A stretch of 64,000 nucleotides of DNA from Octopus bimaculoides (taxonomy: Eukaryota), in contig NC_068989.1 of NCBI RefSeq assembly GCF_001194135.2, positions 65,620,214 through 65,684,213 of the forward strand. Direction: 5' to 3'. The notes below the pieces were generated by a model. It did not search any database, had not been told where the DNA came from, and saw only the letters and a list, made by a program, of their open reading frames with translations. Positions 13,775 to 26,564 of the stretch are shown one piece after another; within the stretch, counting starts at the first letter, position 1, and every line of letters starts with the position of its first letter. The translations under genes and the position numbers were made by a program.

Positions 13775-13955
13775 ATGTCTTTTATTGAAATTTTTTGGGT
13801 TGTGGCTGATAAAACGGCACAACAGAAATACGATAAGGACGCTAGTACTGTTAAAAAAGCATTATCTCGAAACTGTTTATAAGGAGTGGAATAACATTTC
13901 TGTAATTATATTGAAAGAGCTGCTAAGGTTTTTTCAGATATATTTGCGAGTATTG
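13775..13955 (+). mobile_element. Possible Tc1-like transposase C-terminal relic
   Basis: SFIEIFWVV (cf. NPIENLW), then in another frame LKKHYLETVYKEWNNISVIILKELL (cf. LKxAIxEEWNxIxxxxLxxL). No TIR found. Confidence 0.3.
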
Positions 13956-14534
13956 TGAGTGCTGTAAATAAGCTAAATCTTCATGTTGGTTATAAAAACC
14001 AGAATAATATTTCAGCACATAAGTAGTGATAATCGTTAAAGCAGTTTAAACCGCAACTGTTCATGATGGAAAGGAAAATTGAAAGAGTAGTACTTCAAAG
14101 TGAACGCTGTTGTTCGTTCAATGTCCAGGCCGCAACTAAACTAAACACTTTCAAAATCGGCGCGTCTCACTGTCGGATGGTGCTTTCACTTACATATACT
14201 AAGGCAGACACACAGACATACGTTCACACACACCTTAGGCCTATCTTTGTCCCTTTATGTGTCTGTGTCTGTCTTTATATATGTGTGAGTGTGTGTGTCA
14301 CATATACCGTCACACAAATATACTTCTCAGTCATCGGCCTAACGTACGTAACCAACGCGGGAACACACTAATATAGAAAATGTGACGACGTCGTCGTTGT
14401 GGTAATGTCAAATTTTTGTAATGCAAGTGTGTAAATGAAAATAAAGTTCATTTCGTAGTCGAAACATTGCTGAATCTTTTGATATCCCATATGTCAAAAT
14501 CGGCAACTTAGTTTTCGAATGAATGAGGAACGCA

Positions 14535-14583
<49 letters not shown>

Positions 14584-15408
14584 NNNNNNNNNNTATATAC
14601 ATAGATAAGGGGGGAAGAGAGAGAGAGAACGGGGGGGGGGTTAAAAGAAAAGCATTATATACAATATGATGCTTATATATGTAAATAATACTTACGAGTG
14701 TGTTTGTGTGAGTGCAAATGCTTTTCGTTTCTAAGGTTCTCTTATGTAATTGATGATTTCTTAATTATTAATATATCTTTCTTCAAATATTGTCACTATA
14801 CCAAGAATTCTATCTGAAGACAGTTCTGAAGACGTATATTCATCTTTTGCCTTTTAGATTTTACTTCTTTGAGCTGTAGCCATGTTTTATATAATTTCAG
14901 AACGTTAGAGATAGAGGATGATAGACAGTTAGAAAAAGAGAGCGGGTAAATTAAGAGCACGAGAGAGAAAGAGTCGATATTGCTGAGGAAGTATCAACAC
15001 TAATGTATTGAATCCCCTGGCAAACAGTGTTATCATGTATTTCAAAATGGGTTCTGAGTATATATTTCAGAAAGAGTTAATAACGCTATTTTCTTTACTG
15101 GCGGACATCTTTGATATGCTCACAAGAAGATAGTAACAATAGAAAATACGCAGAAGATATTTACTTAAGGACTGATATTTCATTATCTCTATGCAAGGGA
15201 TAACTCATTGCAATTCTGATGCAAAGCTAAGTCGAGAAATCGATAAAAAGGAAGTGCACATTTCGCCAATTTCTTTGGTTGTGACGCATCGGCCAATAAA
15301 ATTACTTATATATATATATATATAGGGGTATGCATACTTCTGTGCACGTGTCTCTTTGAGCATATATGCGCATTTATGTATCTATATATCCATATATCTA
15401 TCTATCTA

Positions 15409-15455
<47 letters not shown>

Positions 15456-16026
15456 NNNNNNNNNNCGTGTGTGTGTGTGTATGTATATGTATATGTGTAT
15501 ATGTATATGTATATGTGTATATGTATATGTAATGTATACATATGTATATGTAACGTATACATGTGTGTCTTATATAAATACGTATATACATATGCACACA
15601 AACACACGCATATACACATATAAACAACAGTGTGTGTGTATGTGTGTGTATGTGTGAGTATGTGTGAGTGTGTGTGTGTGGGAGGGGGGTAAGTACGCCA
15701 TATATTGACTTGTTCGAGATATAATACACAGAAAAAGAAACTTCCACTGCTTGCCGCTCTACATGCACTTTATGACAAACTTCAAAATTCGAGTATTTGC
15801 TGCAGACTCATAACTCATCTGCTAGTGTAATTTTCACTACGTTCTAATCTCTTGATAGCCAATACTACTTCAGATGATTTAACAAGTCTTAAACTATTAC
15901 ATTTATTTCTATATCGACATTCTTATAAACAATGATATTTTTAAAAGTTATATGCATGCTTAATCTTTGCTTCGTAATATATCTTTCGCGAAATGAATTT
16001 TGTCCTGTAATCTTTGCGTGTGAGTA

Positions 16027-16432
16027 TTCTTTTATACTTTAACTGCAGTCATTTCACTGCGGTCATGCTGGAGCACCGCCTTTGGTCGTGCAAATCGACC
16101 CCGGGACTTATCCTTTGTAAGTCTAATACATATTCTATCGGTCTTTCTTTTGCCTAACCGCTAGGTTATGGGGACGTAAAGACACCAAAATCGGCTGTCA
16201 AGCGATGGTGGGGTGGGGTGGGGGGACAAACACAGACACACAAATATATACATACATATAAATATATATACGATGGACTTCTTTCAGTTTCCGTCTATCA
16301 AATCCACACACAAGAGTTTTTCGGCCTGAAGCTATAACAGAAGACGCTTACCCATGGTGACATGCAGTGGGACCGAACCGGAGCCATGTCGTTGGGAAAC
16401 AAGCTTCTTACCACACAGCCACGCCTGCGCCT
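16027..16432 (-). mobile_element. Full-length bipartite tRNA-derived SINE, family 'B' (ggcgcagg..tggctgtgtggtaag head, internal microsatellite, 3' body)
   Basis: A-box TGGCTGTGTGG and B-box GGTTCGGTCCC, then ggaaactgaaagaag, an internal TA/TG tract, and a 3' body ...gtttacgtcccc..gatagaata..ggcggtgctccagcatgaccgcag. At least 9 other copies or fragments occur in the window. Confidence 0.92.
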
Positions 16433-18059
16433 ACATATAACCTTAGTTCCCAGCATGCTCGCTCCATTGCACCCGTTCGACGATATCATTCTTCACAAAT
16501 TAGATTGGGGAGCAATTAGAAAAAATCTTTCACTTAACTGTCATATTAAAACAACGTGACGGTGATTTGTAAACATTGTCACCTATACATGCTCAAAACC
16601 TGCTCCTACGAAATTCACAACCACGACCAAAAATAGACTCGCAAGAGGGAAAAAAAATCTACACATCAGGAAATCACTCTGGGGAGACTTCTCTCGCCTA
16701 GTATCGGACACTTGGCGTTCATGTAGGGAGTTTACTTTGGACGCTTGTCAGCAGTAAATGGGGGTTTAAACAAAATTCATATTCTGTGTATGTGCGACCG
16801 ATAAAATTGTGTTAAAAACTTTTTTTTTCTCTTTCGCTAGTAAGTGTTATTTCCTATCTGCTACTATTTACGAATTAAAGAGAATGACTGCAACACCCTT
16901 CAAACTCTGGTTTTGTGATTTGAACAACAATATTTTGAAATTATAACCTATTTTCCATTACATTTCAGATAGATTCAGTGCTTAGTTGCTGAAACAGAAT
17001 TATCATTATAGCAAATATTCTGTTCGATACCACAGATTTGTTTGTCAGTTGCTTGATCTTAACTACTTGAACAAGTCCCTTAGTGGCTAACAGTATATGC
17101 ATCTCTGATCAAAAAGCAGAAGTAAGGAGGCAATCATAACCATGTGTTGAGATGGGTTCGTTGGGGTTTGAATAAATGTAACCAAAGTAAAGTTTGAAGC
17201 AAACTTTGATACTTTGTAAGGGTAAGCGAATAGGGAATATTACTTGGTACCCAAAGACAAAAATCGTGTTACACACTATAATATTTACATGAATAAAGCT
17301 GCTTTTATTCGTAATTTAATTTTCTTTCATGTGTGCTTCGCCACAGCACATCAGCAAATACATTCCACTCTATTTGCATATAAGACCTAGACCACCGATC
17401 CATTTCGCTTCGAGATGATCAATGTACACGGCCTCGGCAATAAATAATAATGGTGAAATATCGGTATCTACAATTCTCGGTTAGTTTAGGACGAGTTGTC
17501 TTGCATATTCTAGGACACTTGAATTCTTTTAACACACCGCATTGTGTAGGGATTTTCCCCCGGACACTATCCCGCAGCAAATGCACCTTTAAACAAAACA
17601 AATACATTACGTATGTGAGACCGATAATTTATGTATATATATATTTATACACACACACACACACACATGACCTAGTAAATTACAGACAGCTGATGAGTCC
17701 CGTTTTTCATACGTTGGGATAAATTACAGCAATGTCGAACTGAGTATATTTATACTCACATATATATAGTTCATACTTTCAAACCAACTAATAACAGTAT
17801 TCATAATGCTAATTCCACTCCCCTTTGAATTAATGAGTTTCTGTTCTGGAATAAAGTTGAAATTCTTTCTGTGTTCTTTCACTGTTTTACATATTTCGCA
17901 TTTTGTTAAGCATTCTAAACCATTATTTGTGAGCTATCATTTTTGCTTAACCATTTATATAGTTATCAAAATAAGAGATGGCTTATTTACATACTTTTGG
18001 TGGTTTTATTAACTAGAATTATATAATTAACTAGAAATATTAACTAGAATTCCAAACTT

Positions 18060-18250
18060 GCAGAATCATGCTTAGCGGCATTTCGTTCGTCTTTATATTC
18101 TGAGTTCAAATTCCACTGAGGCTGACTTTGCCTTGTGGTGGTGGTGGCGGTGGGCCGATAAAATGAGTAGCGGTTAAGTACTGTGGTTGATGTAATCTAC
18201 TTACTTACTTCCTCGAAATTCCTGGCTAAGTGTCAAGATTTGAAACTATT
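18060..18250 (+). mobile_element. Family A SINE, 5'-truncated copy
   Basis: atgcttagcggcatttcg...tgagttcaaattccactgaggctgactttgcc...tgatgtaatctac...tttgaaactatt aligns with 3091-3310. Confidence 0.8.
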
Positions 18251-18267
18251 ATTAATTAAAATTGTAA

Positions 18268-18450
18268 GGCGGCTAACTGGTAGAATCTTTAGCACGACGG
18301 GTGAGATGTTTAGTATTTCGTCCATATTTACGGTATAAGTTCAAATTCTGCCGAGGACGACTTTGCTTTTCATCATTTCGGGGTCGATGTAATCATCTTA
18401 CACACTTTCCCGAAATTGCTGGCCTTGTGCTAAAATTTGAAACCAATATT
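18268..18450 (+). mobile_element. Family A SINE, directly behind the previous copy
   Basis: ggcggctaactggtagaatctttagcacgacggg...aagttcaaattctgccgaggacgactttgcttttcatcatttcggggtcgat...aaatttgaaaccaatatt. Confidence 0.85.
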
Positions 18451-19034
18451 AATCAGAATCGTAAAAATATCTTTTTACGTCGTGTACATTAGTTCGTTTT
18501 AACCAAAAAAAATCAAAGGCGTCAGAGAATCTCTTAATATATAAATATAAATCTCATACACGGTGTTGTTGCTGTACGTACAAACTTTAATATCATTGGT
18601 CGTGTCTAAAAGGTCGAATTAAAATGGGTCGAACATTTATATATTAGCGTGGTTGTATGAGATGTTAGACAGACGTTTTAAATAAGATAGTCATAGATGG
18701 CTGGGTTGTGGAAAAAGGCGCGCCATTCCATGCGCTTAACGACATTTCACTTATCAAATAACATTTACTTCTAATAATTATGAGACGTTCTCTGTTGAAT
18801 AGGTTAAGTTGCATCGATCTCACCCTGCTCTTTCTTTTCTCCTCTTTTTCTTTCTTTCTTTCTCTGATTCTACATACATACATACACACACATACATACA
18901 TATACATACATACATGCATACATACATACATACATACATACATACACACACACATATATATACATATATACATATGTCATATATATGTATATATCGTATA
19001 TGTATATACATATATGTATATACATATATGCCAT

Positions 19035-19190
19035 ACCAGGCATGGCTTTGTGGTAAAAAGTATGCTTCCCAACTACATGGTTCCAGGTTCAGTCCCACTG
19101 CGTGGCACCTTGGACAAGTAACATCTACAAGAGCCTCGAGCCGACCAAAGAATTGTGAGTGGATCTGGTAGGCGGAAACTGAAAGAAACC

Positions 19191-19195
<5 letters not shown>
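19035..19195 (+). mobile_element. Family B SINE 5' half, ending in (TA)n and a gap
   Basis: catggctttgtggtaaaaagtatgcttcccaactacatggttccaggttcagtcccactgcgtggcaccttggacaag...ggaaactgaaagaaaccc. Confidence 0.88.
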
Positions 19196-19236
<41 letters not shown>

Positions 19237-19452
19237 NNNNNNNNNNNNNNNNNNNNNNNNNNNNNNNNNNNNNNNNNNNNNNNNNNNNNNNNNNNNNNNN
19301 NNNNNNNNNNNNNNNNNNNNNNNNNNNNNNNNNNNNNNNNNNNNNNNNNNNNNNNNNNNNNNNNNNNNNNNNNNNNNNNNNNNNNNNNNNNNNNNNNNNN
19401 NNNNNNNNNNNNNNNNNNNNNNNNNNNNNNNNNNNNNNNNNNNNNNNNNNNN

Positions 19453-19520
<68 letters not shown>

Positions 19521-19524
<4 letters not shown>

Positions 19525-20336
19525 AAAACAATGCCCTTGCGATTAGCAAGGGTTCTAAACGTTTCCTTTGGATCGCTGCGTATAAAGTGTTCAGTTAGTC
19601 AATGTACACATCCAAATTTATGGCGCTATTCTTAAAAACCACACCCTTCACATTCCACCAAATTGAAAGCGTAACCCTCTTCGAGTGACGTCTTTCGATA
19701 GGAGTTGTTTGAGGTGGTTTGCCGCTTCCTCCATAATCATTTGCGTTCCCCGCTGTTATAGAAGATCCGTTATTCTTCCTCTGTCACCATTCTCTTCCAG
19801 AAAATATCGTTTTCGTCACGTTCTTGCAATGAATAGCAGATGGAAATCCGTTCGGCGAGGTTAGTCTTATTTAATTTATGTGTAACCCAAACATCAAACT
19901 TGTTGACGTGAACAAGTTGATTTAGACACCTTTAAACACATTATTCGGATATCTGAGGAATATCTGCAAACATGTGGTATAACGGAGGTTGGTGTCGCTG
20001 TTAATCTCATTTGGCCGGCCAGAGCGCGGTACATCTTCAGCCAAAAAAGTTTCCTATAGAAATGCTGAAAACTACTTCAAGCACACAATGCAGGCTCCCA
20101 CCGCTTCCTTGCCTTTTTAAAATATAAAACAGCATGATGTGTCGATGATATTTGTTTTAGTTTTCCATTTTCAAGGTGATGCCAGACACACAATATAAAA
20201 CTTCGCGTCGAACTATGTTGAAGTGTCTAGTATGTAACTTGTGCGCATGCACAAAGGACAGACTGAAGTTACCTACTTATTACAGTGCTTCAAATTTAGT
20301 ATTGACAAATCCCAACGGACATTTTGGCCAACCTAA
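19521..20336 (-). mobile_element. Mariner transposon, 5' TIR plus about two thirds of a decayed transposase, 3'-truncated
   Basis: TIR TTAGGTTGGCCAAAATGTCCG next to TA (20337-38); ATG at 20168. Translation: MEN*NKYHRHIMLFY, EDVPRSGRP, DVWVTHKLNKTNLAERISIC, KRMVTEEE*RIFYN, HSKRVTLSIWWNVKGVV, ANRKGIVFH. It is then cut by (CT)n just before the expected DNA(R)PH. Confidence 0.9.
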
Positions 20337-21703
20337 TATAAGGAAGAGTAAACTTGTGAGGAGTTTTTAAACTAATGTCACATTGTTGACACCTCAGTTT
20401 AATATTCACGTTTATTTTTAGGACAAATTTTTATCTTCATATGCACCTCATATTTTTTATACTTGGTTTACTAGTTGGAATTAGTAAATTTACGTTCTTG
20501 GTTTTTATCATTCATTGAATCTTGAAGAGATCTCAATAAGTGGAAATCTGAAGTTGCAAGTTGAAGCGAATATGGAGGATGCGACAAAAATTCCTAGTCA
20601 AGCCACTGTGTCTTCTGCTGCGTCTCCAAAGAAGCGTGCTGGATAAATCATGTACAAATGCTGTTGTGGTTGCTGTTGCTGCTATGGTTGCAATGTTCAC
20701 CTGGACTGTGTAGATCTGAGATCAAATATCCTCCAACCGGGACGGGACTATTCCAACGTTTATGAAAATACATACCCTTGAATTACGTTGCATAATATCC
20801 ATATTACGGTATAATGTTGATACGGTAGTAATACGGTAGCAAATTGAGGTAGATTTGAATGCTAGTTCGAGAAAATGAAGCTCTCTCAATGACTGAGAGA
20901 AACGTAACCAGCTCTTCCAATTCTTTTTCCAGGAATGGTTATGTACCTACACAAATGTTAGAAAATCAATATATTAATATATGCCATTGTACTAAACTCT
21001 CTACTTTGGTATTTTCCTGTTCAGCATATATTATTTCCGTAGGTTGTATTAGTAATTTATAGATACACTCACACGTTGCTGAGATATTCTGTTTTACTTT
21101 CCTGTATATATGTATATGTCTTATTTAAAATTTATTCCTTTGAGCTTGAAATTTAACAATTGTTTTTCTATATTCTCATTATAACTTGTTCAAAGATTTA
21201 TGTTCTACTATAGATGTTTCTTTGTTTATGCTTTCGATATATTTTTTCCTGTATCCTATGATTGCTGTTTCGTTGTTTACCAGTGGATCTCGTACACAAC
21301 ATGTTTACCGTCAGCTATTCACATCTTCAATTTCATATTCTTTCACTTAATCTCAAAACATTTCAGTGTGGAAAGTATCGTCGTCTCGCTTGTTGAAATA
21401 TTTAGAATACACGAATAAAATAATTTTTCAAAACTTGTTTCGAAAGCAAGTAACGTATTATTAAGCAAATAAGATATATATATATATATATANNNNNNNN
21501 NNNNNNNNNNNNNNNNNNNNNNNNNNNNNNNNNNNNNNNNNNNNNNNNNNNNNNNNNNNNNNNNNNNNNNNNNNNNNNNNNNNNNNNNNNNNNNNNNNNN
21601 NNNATATATATACATAGAGAGAGATAGAGGTGTGTGTTTGTGTCTGTCGATATATAATATATATATATAAGTATATATTTATATATATGTATATGTATAT
21701 ATG

Positions 21704-21736
<33 letters not shown>

Positions 21737-21747
21737 CTGTCTGTCTC

Positions 21748-21798
<51 letters not shown>

Positions 21799-23912
21799 GT
21801 ATATATGTATGAATGCATATATCTATACATACATATATGCGGATTCTATGTGTAAACGTGCATGGGAAGAAAGAGGAAACAAAAAAATGAAAGAAAGAAT
21901 CGCTGTACTCTATTCGTTCATATGTTTTGTCTGCATTTCTCATCCACAGCTATTTATATATTTTACACAATAACGATAATACTGCACCGATAATTGACTT
22001 GCTTTTTCAACTATATTTGAAAAGCAACGCTATCCTTTTACCAATACCCTTATTATCAGGAAGTCATCTTTATAATTTTAAAATTTATTGGTATCCCAGC
22101 AACGTTATTCCTACTTTCTTCCTGACAATGTTTTTTTTTTTTTGTTGTTGCTGCCTTTGTTCTTGTATGTGAAGTATTTTAAATAGACCCTACTACTACT
22201 ACCGCTACCACAACCGTCGCCACCAACGCCTCCTCCACTACTACGATTATTATTTTTTTTGTGTGTGTCTGTATTCAGAATGATGACCATAAAATATTCT
22301 CTATTGAGATAGGATGATTATTTATGTTTTAATGACATCAACTACAAAAGTTGAGAACAACTAAAGGAGGAGACGATAATTAATGAATAACAAGCTCTCA
22401 AACAGAAAGCCCCTTTTTTCGGAGAGAAAAATACGAATCACAGAAGAATACTTTTTCTTTTAACAAAAAATAAAACCTTTTGTGGCTTTCATTAAAACTA
22501 TGAAATGATTTTACTTAAAATTTTCCATATCGGTGATATATGATGCAATGCAATGCTATTGCAATTTATCTGTCAAAATTAATCTTGATGACGACGCGTT
22601 TTATAAAAGTAATAGTAATATTCTGTATAGATTCTATTTTAGATAAAATAATGAAAAATATCGTTCACTAAGCATGAATGATACGGCATGAAAGGCGTTT
22701 ATATTATACACAATAAAAAGCATACTACGACATTAAAAACAAAATTATATAATTTGAACGCGAAACAATAGTTTGTGAAATTCTATTTTATTCGTATCAA
22801 GCTTTGATTGAAACAAATTGGTTACAAGCGCAATAAGCAGAAAACGAGCATTTGGCAGACGAATTTTATGACCGACTATTCAATATTTCAGGACAAATCT
22901 AGAATATCAGTAAACAAGAAGCTATCTAGCAATTATGCCTTGTTTCTTTAATTAAACTGCCTAGCATAAATCTCCAAATAACTCTTTACCTAAACCATTT
23001 CTTATCTTACGATAACAGTGCATAGACGAAATTCAATATGTTCTCTCGTCAAAGACAACGTTATCAACTATAATCGCTTACTACAAAGACGCCTACGTTT
23101 CATGCATATATGCTATATCCTGTACAAAATATGAGCAATAATATTGCATTTGATAGCGTCTAATTATCATCGATAAATCTATGTTACAACGTTTACCCTG
23201 TCAAGACTTATGATGTGAATAAATTGTTCTGAGTTTGCAGACATGTCTATTCTTTTAATTCAAGGCATTCTTCTTCATCTGTAAGTGCCTATTCGGCAAT
23301 GGTTATGGTAATGGAATATAATTATCTTCTCGTCAATTTCTTTGTGTTGTGGATATAGTATTTGTTCCGAATCCTATCGTGTAATCAATATAATTGTACT
23401 GTTATTATGATTATTATTGCTGTTGCTGTTGCTGATGTTGCTGCTGCTTCTGTTGTTGATGTTGTTAGCATTGTCGCGTTTCTCTAACACGATTGGATTT
23501 TTGGATTTGCTTTTGCCACATTCCAAGCAACAACATTTATTATTACTTCTCCAGATCTTCATTGAATTACATTTAGCCCCTGCGAGGTAAACATACGTTA
23601 CTGTATATGTGTATATATATATATATATATNNNNNNNNNNNNNNNNNNNNNNNNNNNNNNNNNNNNNNNNNNNNNNNNNNNNNNNNNNNNNNNNNNNNNN
23701 NNNNNNNNNNNNNNNNNNNNNNNNNNNNNNNNNNNNNNNNNNNNNNNNNNNNNNNNNNNNNNNNNNNNNNNNNNNNNNNNNNNNNNNNNNNNNNNNNNNN
23801 NNNNNNNNNNNNNNNNNNNNNNNNNNNNNNNNNNNNNNNNNNNNNNNNNNNNNNNNNNNNNNNNNNNNNNNNNNNNNNNNNNNNNNNNNNNNNNNNNNNN
23901 NNNNNNNNNNNN

Positions 23913-23977
<65 letters not shown>

Positions 23978-24580
23978 TTTTTTTTAATTTTGTTTATCTA
24001 TGCATCTATTTCTGGAAAACGTAATATGAGAAATAGACTGCAAGCGAGGAGTTTCAAGCATCAAACTGCATGTAATCTTTAGCATAGATATCACTGTATA
24101 TTTGCCACAGAAATGACTAGTAAAATATTAAGTCATTGATATCAGCGGCCGTGGAAAGCTTGCAAATGTCATAAGTACAAATGCATCTTCCAGAGAAAAT
24201 GTCGTACAATAATAGGAAGTAGTGTTATTATTTTCTTGGCTATTTCAATAGTCTTTGGTTTTATGTTCACCCTAATTACACATTCATAAACTATACAGGA
24301 TTGCCTATTCATTAATTATACGTTGTCATTAAGATGATTTGGTGGTAGAATGATCAAATCGATATTTTCTTGAAAATGTCTTCGGGAGGTATTCCTGGGC
24401 ATAGCCAGAGATAAAACTTGCAACGTAAGATACTTATTTTACCAACTAGATCTTGTGCTCTAACCACTAGAATATTGTTGGAACTTTAATCAAAATAAGT
24501 ATTAAAATTAACCACCATTTATCTCCACGTTGTTTTTAATTTATTTATAACATCGATTCATGACGGTAGATATTCATGTA

Positions 24581-25280
24581 TGCAGGAGTGGCTGTGTGGT
24601 AAGAAGCTTGCTTCCCAACCACATGGTTCCAAGTTCAGTTCCACAGCGTGGCACCTTGGGCAAGTGACTCTCACTTTAGCTTCGGGCCGACCAAAGCTTT
24701 GTGAGTGGATTTGGTAGACGGAAACTNNNNNNNNNNNNNNNNNNNNNNNNNNNNNNNNNNNNNNNNNNNNNNNNNNNNNNNNNNNNNNNNNNNNTATATA
24801 TATATATATATATATATTCTTTTATTTGTTTAAGTCAATTGATTGTGGCCATGCTGGAACACCGTCTTTAGTCGAACAAATAGACCCCAGGACTAATTCT
24901 TTGTAACCCTAATACTTATTCTATCGGTCTCTTTTACCGAACCGCTAAGTCATGGGGACGTAAACACACAAACATCGGTTGTCAAGTGATGGTGGGGGAC
25001 AAACGCAGACAGAAACATATACATATGCATATATNNNNNNNNNNNNNNNNNNNNNNNNNNNNNNNNNNNNNNNNNNNNNNNNNNNNNNNNNNNNNNNNNN
25101 NNNNNNNNNNNNNNNNNNNNNNNNNNNNNNNNNNNNNNNNNNNNNNNNNNNNNNNNNNNNNNNNNNNNNNNNNNNNNNNNNNNNNNNNNNNNNNNNNNNN
25201 NNNNNNNNNNNNNNNNNNNNNNNNNNNNNNNNNNNNNNNNNNNNNNNNNNNNNNNNNNNNNNNNNNNNNNNNNNNNNNNN

Positions 25281-25316
<36 letters not shown>

Positions 25317-25576
25317 TGTGTGCGTGTGTATGTGTGTGTGCGTGTCCTTGTATCTGTGTTTGTCTCCCTATCACCGCTTGACAACCGGGTACTGGTGTGT
25401 TTACGTCCCCATAACTTAGCGGTTCGGCATAACAAAACGATATAATAATTATTAGGCTTAAGAAATAAATCCTGGTGTCTATTTGTTGGTGTAAAACCCT
25501 TCAAGGTGCTAGTCCACATGACCGCAAACAGATGACTGAAACAAAGAAAGGAATAACGGAATAACGGAATAAAAGA
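24581..25576 (+). mobile_element. Family B SINE (outer): head 24581-24726, 3' body about 25341-25576
   Basis: The head tgcaggagtggctgtgtggtaagaagcttgcttcccaaccacatgg... and the body ccgcttgacaaccgg..gtttacgtccccataacttagcggttcgg...gatgactgaaacaa are in the same orientation, separated by TA tracts, gaps and an inverted copy. Confidence 0.85.
24818..25034 (-). mobile_element. Family B SINE 3' body (inner, opposite orientation)
   Basis: tgtggccatgctggaacaccgtc..gtcgaacaaatagaccccaggac..ctatcggtctc..ccgctaagt..ggggacgtaaacac is the reverse complement of the family B body. The head is probably hidden in gap 25035-25280. Confidence 0.88.
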
Positions 25577-26366
25577 TTACCTCCCACACACACACATACA
25601 TAAATATATATACATATGGAGTGAAAGTGACAGAAACTTTAAATGGAGAAGGAAAGGAAGAACAGCTTAACCCTGAAATACCTGCATATTACAAACTATA
25701 TATATATATTTTTTTTTCGAATATTAATTCAGTATTTAGGACACCACCCGTACTTAATGAAACAAATCTTCTAGATTCAATATCCAAACCAGGCTTAGTG
25801 ATAACATATGACATCTACTGGGGAAAATGCCGAAATTTTGTGTCTCCAGTATAACTCACTAAAGAAAAACAAAAATGTACATCATTAAACAGAACATTTA
25901 CTAATAAAAGTGCAGATTCCAATTCCTCACTCTCTGGTATTTCTTTGAAGTCAGTGAAATAAATAGCTTTGTTTTCCTTAATATATTTTTTTATCTCTCA
26001 GAGATACTCTGTTAAGACATTTAGAAAGCGACACCATATATTTGATATTCTGTGAAGTTACATGCCATCGTTCGGTAATAGGTCGAGCGGTAGAAAAGGA
26101 TGTTTCAACAATTATTGTGTGTTTGATTTCGTTTTTTGATTTATTTTATATTCGAATCACATTCGTAGATTCGATGTTTAAAATCATTAGGCGTTTCTAG
26201 GTTTCTGCAACTACGTATTCATTAATGTGTTTGGACACAGATGCACGCACGAATACATACTCACTCAGACAGACAGACAGACATACATACATACATACAT
26301 ATATACATACAGACAGACAGACAGATACACACACACACACATGCACACACATGTATATGTATATAA

Positions 26367-26564
26367 GTGAGAGCAGCTGTGAGGGGAAATCGTCGAATCA
26401 CGAACCTTGAGTTAACAGAGGATGTGCAGATTAGTTACGGTTCAATTCAGTCCATTATCACTGAAGATTTGGGTATGAGACGCGTGTCTGCTAAGCTTCT
26501 GCCCAAACTACTTTCAGCTGACCCAAAAAGACACTCGGATTTCAGTAGTACAAGATCTTCTTGA
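26367..26564 (+). mobile_element. Mariner transposase internal fragment (second HTH to linker)
   Basis: VRGNRRIT..ELTEDVQISYGSIQSIITEDLGMRRVSAKLLPKLLSADPK matches the mariner ...ISxGSVxxILTEDLGMRRVSAKxVPKLL pattern. Confidence 0.85.

Noticed and set aside
16860-17260. Block that I recall as a common octopus interspersed repeat
   Set aside because: Single copy in the window with no TIR, TSD or coding motif, so it cannot be supported from this sequence.
17685-17736. Hammerhead-like CTGATGA-GTCCC...GGGAT
   Set aside because: Stem II is plausible, but GAAA, stem III and the NUH site are missing.
20521-20648. Short open frame LEEISISGNLKL..SPKKRAG* with an LRR-like look
   Set aside because: No good splice acceptor or start, too short, and a single motif only.
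23374-23562. CLECG...RDNANNI, superficially like the TnpB/Fanzor C-terminal zinc finger and RuvC-III motif
   Set aside because: Spacing is wrong (13 aa), it derives from an (AAC/AGC)n low-complexity tract, and no RuvC-I/II or transposon ends are nearby.
25735-25854. Open frames on both strands (RTPPVLNETNLL..WGKC on +, a cadherin-like look on -)
   Set aside because: No consistent splice sites or diagnostic motifs (no DxD/LDRE/DxNDN), so it is probably chance.
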